Assembly: GCA_902774115.1 (NCBI GenBank)
Contig: CACYHH010000002.1
Coordinates: 115,894-179,893, forward strand
Reading direction: 5' to 3'
Source: an uncultured Spirochaetales bacterium
GTDB lineage: Bacteria > UBP6 > UBA1177
Length of the DNA stretch: 64,000 bases
Both the position numbers and the translations under genes were made by a program. The notes beneath the pieces were generated by a model. The model made no database searches and had not been told where the DNA came from. It worked only from the letters and a program-made list of their open reading frames with translations. Positions within the stretch are counted from its first letter, which is position 1. Each line of letters starts with the position of its first letter. This document shows, piece by piece, positions 57,707-64,000 of this stretch.

Positions 57707-60601
57707 TTATAAATCTAAATCTTTAGCGCATCTGAAGCCTATCGAGTTCGAACTGTACTGCGGGTTTACGCCGCGTCTGTAAGTCGAACGGATAAGTCTT
57801 CTCGAAGTTTTCCAGCTTCCGCCGCGGACTGTTCTCTGGTCGCCTATAGGAAGCGGAACGCCGCCCTGGAACAAGTCGGAATAGTAGAAGAATCTCGTTG
57901 AAACCCACTCTTCCGCATTGCCTGCCATATCAAAAAGCCCGTTGGGATTCAGTGCGTCTTTTGTGCTGAATGAATCATATTTGTTGCCGTTGAAGTATCC
58001 TACCGGCGTTACATGCGGTTCCGGATAGGCAATAAGAAGGTCGTCTGCCGAAACCAGTTCTTCAAGCTCTCTGCTCGGCTCGTAAGGATCTGTGCTGCCG
58101 CGGTAGTTTGTTTTGTAAGGTATGCTGTCTCCTTCAAGGAAACTTGTTATTGTGTCAAGTATACCGCTTCCGTCTTTGCTTTTCCACGGCATATCAGGGC
58201 ATTCTTTCGTGCATTCTTCTTCATCATTGGCGAAACATATACAGTCGCTGTTTGTTCTTGCCGCGTATTCCCATTCTTCTTCAGTCGGGAGACGTTTGCC
58301 GACCCATTTGCAGTATGCGTCTGCGGCATACCAGCAGATGCTCGTTACCGGCATAAGGTCTTTCGAGCCGCTTTTGTATTTATCGCCACTGTATTTTCCG
58401 AACCACTCTTCAAGGTATTTCGTGTTGCCGTAGCACTTTTCCAAACCGCGTTCGTCATCGGTCTTCATAGCGTTTTCCGGTCTCCATATCTTGTTTTTCG
58501 GGTCGTTGAGGAATTTTTTGTACTGTGCGACCGTGACTTCGTATTTGTCGATAAAGAAATTCTTGTGCATAGCGATTCTGTGTTTCGGTTTTTCCATGAC
58601 GAACGATTCCTTGGTTTCGCTTCCCATAATGAAAGCTTTGCCGTCTGAATAAATTGAAACCATACATCCCGGAATGTCATCATCATCACAACGGCATTCA
58701 TCATGGACACAGACATTTGCTTCTGTCGGGTAGGGAACTTCCGTGTCGTCAGGATTGTCGTTGTTTTCTTCATCGTTGTTTTCGTTGAAGTAGTAGATAT
58801 CCTCGCCTGAGGTGTTGATGTTGAAAATCTCGTCGGTAAAGTCGATTATAGGCTGGTCGATGCCTCTGAAAAGTTTCAGGGTGTCGGCCGGAGAGAGCTT
58901 CTTGAAGACGAGATCGGTAACTTTCTGAAGCTGCGTCATGTAAGATTCGCTGCCGGTCGCCGTGCTGACGTCCTGAAGGAACGATTTGCTGCTTTTCGTA
59001 TCGCCGGAGAACGAATTTACGATGACTTCCATAACTTTTATGTAAAGGTTGTCCTTGTAGGGATTGGTCAGGAAGGAAGCCTTCTTTGACTTCATGAAGT
59101 CGTTTACGCGCTGTCCGATACCGCGTTCGCGGATACCTCTTGCAACGACGTTGACAGGATGACTTGCAAGTCCCTTGTTGACCGTTTTGTCATAATTCAT
59201 CAGTATATTCAGGAAGTTGTCGTTTACATCGGCTGAAATCATAACAAGCGGCAGCATTATCTGTGAGAAGTATGTCGCCCAGATCGGATCCATAGCTCTG
59301 TTGAGCAGACCTCCGCTGTTCGGAGCCGGAACGTAGCTTGCAAGAAGTCCTTCCTTGATCTCGTTGTTCTTGTATCTGAGCTGCGTTTTTTCGGTTTCGG
59401 TCGTCTCTTCAAAGTATGTCGCGATTTCCGAAGCCATTCTGTTCGGATGCCCTTCGACGATGAGTTTGTTCGTCAGGTAGTCCTCGTTGTTTACGATGTA
59501 GGTCTGAATGAGGCTCTTAAGTGTCGGAGAGACATAGTGCGTAGGCGGAACAATGAGGACCGGCATAGCCGATTCGTCAATGCCGTTGTCAGCGATCTCC
59601 GTCGGAAGAACCGGAACGGTCGGCATTGCATCGACATAGAAATAAGCCCAGCGCGGACGTGAATTGTAGGTTTTTACGGCTGAACCGTTTTCGTTGAAAT
59701 ATTTTACGAAAATCTGGTCGACTTCTTCTTCGCTCTCTTCTTTCGGAAGTTCCCTTAAGACGGAGTGATGGAATGTTTCAGTCTTGTCATCGGCAGTGAC
59801 CGTGAGATCTCTCGTGTATTTTTTCGTGCCTGCCTGTGTCGTATTTTCGCCGGAACCGGTTCCCTGATCTTCGATGTAGGAAGCTGTTTCGGTATAAAGC
59901 TCGTAAACCGCGGCTGCGATCGCGTTCTGAACGTCAAGGTCGCCTGCTACGATGATGCTCGGCGTGATGTTGACCATCTTGTCCTTGAGTATGCGGATGA
60001 GGGTTTTCGTCGCTTTAAGACTGCGGATCCTCTCAAGAAGAGCCGCGTTGTAAAGCGGGTTGACGGTCGTCGCGATGCCCGGCTGAAGGAAAATGAGCGC
60101 CGCCGCAGTCTCGCGGACGCTGAACTCGATATGTTTTCTCTTGAAGTAGTTTTCGCCGTTTGACGGGAATACAGTGAGCATGATCGGAACATTTTTCGTT
60201 TCATCTTCGTAGTTCGTCTTAAGGATGAAAAGCGTCGTTCCGACTACGTTCGAGCGGACCCAGAAGGTTCCGTTGACGGGATCTACGTTCTGTACGAGGT
60301 TGTTTCTGCTGTACTGAACCTGAAGGTTTGCATAAGGAATGATGAAACCGTCCGGAAGGCTGACCCTGCCGTGGTAGAATATTTTGTTGGAAACATATTC
60401 GATACCGCCGAATTCCTCTTTTTCGTCGAGCGGATTTTTAGGCTCGCTGAGGTTGTTGACGCACTTCGCATCGAAACATTTTTCACCTAAATCGCAGTCT
60501 TCGAAAGAACTGCACTCGATATCGAAATGGCTGAGTTCCGGAGAACATGCCGAAAAGATGAGCAGAATCAAAGGTAAAACTTTAAAAATCGATTTTTTCA
60601 T
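57707..60601 (-). CDS. Large lipoprotein with C-terminal FGE-sulfatase domain
   Basis: FSAC lipobox, small Cys module, [40 protein letters not shown]. Confidence 0.8.
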   Translation of the reverse strand: MKKSIFKVLPLILLIFSACSPELSHFDIECSSFEDCDLGEKCFDAKCVNNLSEPKNPLDEKEEFGGIEYVSNKIFYHGRVSLPDGFIIPYANLQVQYSRNNLVQNVDPVNGTFWVRSNVVGTTLFILKTNYEDETKNVPIMLTVFPSNGENYFKRKHIEFSVRETAAALIFLQPGIATTVNPLYNAALLERIRSLKATKTLIRILKDKMVNITPSIIVAGDLDVQNAIAAAVYELYTETASYIEDQGTGSGENTTQAGTKKYTRDLTVTADDKTETFHHSVLRELPKEESEEEVDQIFVKYFNENGSAVKTYNSRPRWAYFYVDAMPTVPVLPTEIADNGIDESAMPVLIVPPTHYVSPTLKSLIQTYIVNNEDYLTNKLIVEGHPNRMASEIATYFEETTETEKTQLRYKNNEIKEGLLASYVPAPNSGGLLNRAMDPIWATYFSQIMLPLVMISADVNDNFLNILMNYDKTVNKGLASHPVNVVARGIRERGIGQRVNDFMKSKKASFLTNPYKDNLYIKVMEVIVNSFSGDTKSSKSFLQDVSTATGSESYMTQLQKVTDLVFKKLSPADTLKLFRGIDQPIIDFTDEIFNINTSGEDIYYFNENNDEENNDNPDDTEVPYPTEANVCVHDECRCDDDDIPGCMVSIYSDGKAFIMGSETKESFVMEKPKHRIAMHKNFFIDKYEVTVAQYKKFLNDPKNKIWRPENAMKTDDERGLEKCYGNTKYLEEWFGKYSGDKYKSGSKDLMPVTSICWYAADAYCKWVGKRLPTEEEWEYAARTNSDCICFANDEEECTKECPDMPWKSKDGSGILDTITSFLEGDSIPYKTNYRGSTDPYEPSRELEELVSADDLLIAYPEPHVTPVGYFNGNKYDSFSTKDALNPNGLFDMAGNAEEWVSTRFFYYSDLFQGGVPLPIGDQRTVRGGSWKTSRRLIRSTYRRGVNPQYSSNSIGFRCAKDLDL

Positions 60602-60605
60602 GTCG

Positions 60606-61694
60606 TTACCTCATTACGTTAAACATTACGGAAAGGTGGGCTCCGCCCTGGAAAAGCTGTTCGTTGCGGTCAAAACCCTTGAAAGATCCGTACATTTTAA
60701 GATATGTGAAGTTGCCGCCGACTCCGAGAGCGATATATTCCCACACTCTGAAAAAGTAGTCTAAATTCGCCGAAACGTATGGACCGCCGAAGAAACTCAG
60801 GATTCCGTTCGGTCTTGTGCGGTCTGCGATTTTTTCGATACCGCCGATAAATCCGGCTGTAGCTGTAAGCGCGCTTCTCGTCTTGCGTGTCCTGAGACCG
60901 TGAATGTAGTATCTGAGCACTATTCCGCCGCCGTAGTAAAGGTTGTCCGTGTCGAGCGACAGCATTCTTCCTTCGATTCCGACAACTAAATCCTGAAGTG
61001 CTCTGACGTTGAGTTTAAGGGTGTAGTTTCCGATCACGTCAAAGTTTTTGAAATCGCCGCCGCCGCCGCCGACACCGCCTGCAAGTTCGATCGAAAGCAT
61101 GTAGGTATGCCATTTTTCAAGGCGGACGTCGTCTTTCGGAACCCAGCCCTCCTTGCCGAGAAACTCAACGCGGTAGAAATCGTTGACTTCTTCGAGAACT
61201 ACGAGATCGTCCTTTTCGTAAAGCTCGAACAGCTTTTTTGAACGGACGCTTGCTTCGGTGTAAAGATAAGTCGGATTTACGACTTTCGCCAGATCCGGCT
61301 CTTTGTGCTTGTGAACGACACCTTTTTCACGTTTCTCGACGACGAAATCGTCTTCTTCAGGATCGGGATAGAGATTTTGAGAACCGCCCTGCACGAAATC
61401 GTCCTGCGGTTTTTCCGATTTTGACGATCCGGTTTTTGCGAAAGGGTCTTCTTCAGCTTTCTCTTCCTTCTCTTCGAAATCTGAACTCTCTTCTTCCGGC
61501 TGGTTTCCGCTCTCTTCCTCTTGTTCTTCAACCTCTTCCGAAGAACTTTCCTCTTCTTCGCCGGAAGATTCTTCCTCATCTTCGTCATCTTCGTCGGCTA
61601 TTGCCGCACTGATGACGGAAAAATCCGGAGCCAGCGCAAAAAGTGCGGAACAAGCGGTGAGCACACAAAAAACAATCAAAATTTTTTTCTTCAC
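60606..61694 (-). CDS. Secreted protein: acidic linker, SH3b-like domain, outer-membrane beta-barrel-like C-terminus
   Basis: Signal peptide, E/S-rich tract, [13 protein letters not shown] (SH3-like), alternating-hydrophobic Gly/Tyr-rich strands ending AHLSVMFN. Confidence 0.62.
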   Translation of the reverse strand: MKKKILIVFCVLTACSALFALAPDFSVISAAIADEDDEDEEESSGEEEESSSEEVEEQEEESGNQPEEESSDFEEKEEKAEEDPFAKTGSSKSEKPQDDFVQGGSQNLYPDPEEDDFVVEKREKGVVHKHKEPDLAKVVNPTYLYTEASVRSKKLFELYEKDDLVVLEEVNDFYRVEFLGKEGWVPKDDVRLEKWHTYMLSIELAGGVGGGGGDFKNFDVIGNYTLKLNVRALQDLVVGIEGRMLSLDTDNLYYGGGIVLRYYIHGLRTRKTRSALTATAGFIGGIEKIADRTRPNGILSFFGGPYVSANLDYFFRVWEYIALGVGGNFTYLKMYGSFKGFDRNEQLFQGGAHLSVMFNVMR

Positions 61695-61746
61695 TTTGTC
61701 CTCAATATTTCAAAAATAACAACACCCTGCAAAATACAGACCAAAT

Positions 61747-61774
61747 ATAATAATATAAAACAATTTTTTTGCAA
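61747..61774 (-). promoter_or_regulatory. Sigma70-type promoter upstream of the 61694-50278 gene run
   Basis: TTGCAA-N16-TATTAT. Confidence 0.55.
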
Positions 61775-61800
61775 GGAATAAAGAAATGCCGCCGTGTCAT

Positions 61801-61832
61801 CGTTACGCCGTTACGCCGTCACGTCGTTACGG
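61801..61832. repeat. Octamer tandem repeat CGTYACGY (4 units) inside GCCGCC/GGCGGC inverted flanks
   Basis: CGTTACGC CGTTACGC CGTCACGT CGTTACGG. Confidence 0.85.
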
Positions 61833-61856
61833 CAAAGTTGGCGGCGGCGAAAAGAA

Positions 61857-63056
61857 TTATTTCTGGATTTCGAGATATTTTTCGAGACCGAGCTTGAGAA
61901 CGTTCATCGCTCTCTTGGTCTTCTCTTCGTTGAGTACGAATGCGATTCTTGCTTCGTTTCTGCCGAGTCCCGGAGTCGAGTAGAAGCCTTCCGCCGGAGC
62001 GAGCATTACCGTTTCGCCGTTGACGTCGAAATCGGTGAGGAGCCAGATTATGAAATCTTCCGCGTTTTTGACCGGAAGTTTGATTACGATGTAGAAAGCA
62101 CCGTTCGGAACTCTGTATTCAACGCCTTTCATCTCTTTGAGCGTTGCGAGGACTGCGTCTCTTCTTCTCTTGTATTCGCCGACAACAGTCTCGTAGTATT
62201 TGTCGTCGAGATCAGCCGATTTGACAGCCATCATCTGGTCGATCGTGGGCGGGCAGAGACGGGCCTGACCGTATGCCAGAGCAGCTTTCATGATTTCCTT
62301 GTTGTAGCTTACGAAAGCGCCGATCCTAGCGCCGCAGGAAGAGAATCTCTTCGAAATACTGTCCATAACGACGACTCTGTCCTTAGCCTCTTCGAAGCTG
62401 AGAAGGCTGACATGTTTTTCGCCGTTGAAAATGAATTCACGGTAAACTTCGTCCGCGAAGATGAAAAGGTCTTTTTTGATCGCGAGCTGGACGATCTTCG
62501 AAAGCTCTTCCCTCGAGTAAACCTTTCCTGTCGGGTTGTTCGGGTTGCAGATCATGACCGCTTTCGTGTTCGGGGTTACGAGCTTTTCGATCTCTTCGAC
62601 AGCCGGAATTTCCCAGTCGTTGTCGATTTTCGTCGTTATCGGAACGATTTTTACGCCGGTAGCGGTCGCAAAACCGTTGTAGTTCGTGTAGAAAGGCTCC
62701 GGAATGAGGACTTCGTCGCCTGCATCAAGACAGACTGTGTAAGCCATGATGATCGCTTCGCTGCCGCCCGTCGTTACCATGATGTTGTCACGGGTAAGCG
62801 GAATATCGTATCTTGCGTAGTATTTTACAAGCGCGTCCTGATATTCGGGAATGCCCTGACTCGGACCGTAAGCGATGACTTTTGTCTTGATTTCATTAAG
62901 AACTTTCAGCATCTCTTCGGGTGTTTCGACATCGGGCTGACCGATATTGAAGTGATAGACCGTTTTGCCTTTTGCCTTCGCGTCGTTAGCGTAAGGAGCA
63001 AGTTTTCTGATTGGTGAAAGGGGCATCGACTGGCCTCTGACGGAAATGTGTCTCAT
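61857..63056 (-). CDS. PLP-dependent class I/II aminotransferase (aspartate aminotransferase-like)
   Basis: FNIGQPD, TTGGSEA, NPNNPTG, ADEVY, DSISKRFSSCGARIG; start set at ATG 63056 behind GGAGG. Confidence 0.92.
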   Translation of the reverse strand: MRHISVRGQSMPLSPIRKLAPYANDAKAKGKTVYHFNIGQPDVETPEEMLKVLNEIKTKVIAYGPSQGIPEYQDALVKYYARYDIPLTRDNIMVTTGGSEAIIMAYTVCLDAGDEVLIPEPFYTNYNGFATATGVKIVPITTKIDNDWEIPAVEEIEKLVTPNTKAVMICNPNNPTGKVYSREELSKIVQLAIKKDLFIFADEVYREFIFNGEKHVSLLSFEEAKDRVVVMDSISKRFSSCGARIGAFVSYNKEIMKAALAYGQARLCPPTIDQMMAVKSADLDDKYYETVVGEYKRRRDAVLATLKEMKGVEYRVPNGAFYIVIKLPVKNAEDFIIWLLTDFDVNGETVMLAPAEGFYSTPGLGRNEARIAFVLNEEKTKRAMNVLKLGLEKYLEIQK

Positions 63057-63219
63057 TTTTTCCTCCATAAAAGTTAAAAAAACAGCATCTGCGCCCTTGT
63101 AGCACTTAAAACAGCAAAAGCAAGAAAAACAAGGCATGGAAAATTGTGAGATTTGATCAAAAAAATGGACGAAAAATAATTGTTGATTAAAATTCAGCGG
63201 TTTTTTTCGAAGGTGAAAA

Positions 63220-63630
63220 ATGGATACATTCAGACAGAACAAAAATTCGGTCAAAAATCCGATAACAAAAAAACAGGCAGCCGACAGCGGAATGGCGCTT
63301 GTTCTCATTGCTCTCATCTGTTTTGCGGCGCTGAGGCACAATGCATGGCTCTGGACAGCGATGGCAATTCTTGCTGTTGATATGATTTGCCCGGTAATTT
63401 TCAAGCCTTTTGCATTTTTATGGTTCGGTCTTGCAAAAATTATGGGAACTTTCATGTCGAAAATAATGCTTGCACTTGTTTTCTTTCTCGTTGTCTTTCC
63501 GATCGGGTTCCTGAGACGGATTTCAGGTAAAGATTCGCTTCGTCTGCGCCAGTTCAGGAAAGAAAAAACTTCGGTTTTTGCTGAAAGAAACCACGAATAC
63601 ACCGCGTCTGACCTTGATAAACCTTATTAA
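63220..63630 (+). CDS. SxtJ-family membrane protein
   Basis: P.IFKPFAFLWFGLAKIMG...FFLVVFPIG...GKDSLRL pattern; followed by small-protein and carbamoyltransferase genes. Confidence 0.78.
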   Translation: MDTFRQNKNSVKNPITKKQAADSGMALVLIALICFAALRHNAWLWTAMAILAVDMICPVIFKPFAFLWFGLAKIMGTFMSKIMLALVFFLVVFPIGFLRRISGKDSLRLRQFRKEKTSVFAERNHEYTASDLDKPY

Positions 63631-63641
63631 AGGAGGGAAAA

Positions 63642-63791
63642 ATGGAACTTCTGAAAGATTTGTGGGAATACCTGAAAGTTCGTAAAAAATTCTGGCTTCT
63701 TCCTTCAATAATCGTTCTTCTGCTCATCGGTCTTCTTATCGTCCTTTCAAGTTCGACTGCGATTGCACCGTTTATTTACACAATTTTTTAG
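63642..63791 (+). CDS. DUF5989 / SxtK-like small membrane protein
   Basis: Below the ORF-track cutoff: MELLKDLWEYLKVRKKFWLLPSIIVLLLIGLLIVLSSSTAIAPFIYTIF; AAGGAGG RBS. Confidence 0.85.
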   Translation: MELLKDLWEYLKVRKKFWLLPSIIVLLLIGLLIVLSSSTAIAPFIYTIF

Positions 63792-63803
63792 TTCGGGATC
63801 AAT

Positions 63804-64000
63804 ATGAAAAAAGAAATAATCTTAGGAATTTCAGCGTATTATCATGACAGCGCGGCGGCTCTTCTAATCGACGGCGACATATTTGCGGCGGCCCACGAAG
63901 AGCGTTTTACCCGAAAAAAACAGGATTCTTCTTTTCCGATAAACGCATGCAGATTCGTTCTTGATTATGCAGGAATAACGCTTGACGATGTTACGGCAGT
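63804..64000 (+). CDS. Carbamoyltransferase (NodU/CmcH/SxtI family), N-terminal fragment
   Basis: ILGISAYYHDSAAALLIDG.IFAAAHEERFTRKK.DSSFP; runs off the window end. Confidence 0.9.
   Translation, partial: MKKEIILGISAYYHDSAAALLIDGDIFAAAHEERFTRKKQDSSFPINACRFVLDYAGITLDDVTA

Noticed and set aside
55073-57900. Diversity-generating retroelement targets (C-terminal FGE/C-type-lectin folds; also the DUF1566 gene)
   Set aside because: No reverse transcriptase and no template repeat differing at adenines in this window; a trans-acting DGR elsewhere cannot be excluded
61794-63602. 407-aa plus-strand ORF and the 581-aa extended version of the aminotransferase
   Set aside because: The first is an antisense shadow. 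The extension runs through two divergent promoters and the SxtJ-like gene; the RBS-supported start is 63056
63220-64000. Saxitoxin biosynthesis
   Set aside because: Only the widespread sxtJ/K/I-like triad is present; no sxtA, sxtG or other core genes are visible

Overview
Gene-dense chromosomal window from a diderm bacterium with a deltaproteobacterial/Myxococcota-like gene inventory (Myxococcus-type Cys-rich repeats, choice-of-anchor-like domains, sigma54 regulator, PilZ, TsaP-like LysM protein, folP-cdaA-cdaR); the taxonomy is inferred, not established. It holds about 55 CDS, mostly on the minus strand. Housekeeping genes include nadB, nadC, pnp, rpsO, dut, rpe, rsmB, folP, folE2, cysD, cysC, lat, malic enzyme, Mrp/ApbC, SlyD and an AmgK/MurU-like pair, plus an initiator tRNA-Met. 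About 15 predicted lipoproteins are interspersed, many with acidic low-complexity tethers. I found no prophage, integrase, transposase or CRISPR array. Main observations: (1) 21 candidate sigma70-type promoters all have exactly 16 bp between -35 and -10 instead of the canonical 17; (2) a ZnuA-type lipoprotein carries a ~220-aa metallothionein-like insert with 49 Cys; (3) a cobalamin riboswitch precedes a stand-alone multidomain lipoprotein, a candidate new B12-capture protein; (4) a tightly packed envelope operon encodes an SH3/beta-barrel protein, two non-catalytic FGE-sulfatase-fold lipoproteins and Ig-like proteins; (5) two non-lipoprotein secreted proteins share a short C-terminal S-G-C-hydrophobic tail, a possible sorting signal; (6) a CGTYACGY octamer tandem repeat recurs at three gene junctions. 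All domain assignments come from motif recognition by eye, not database searches.
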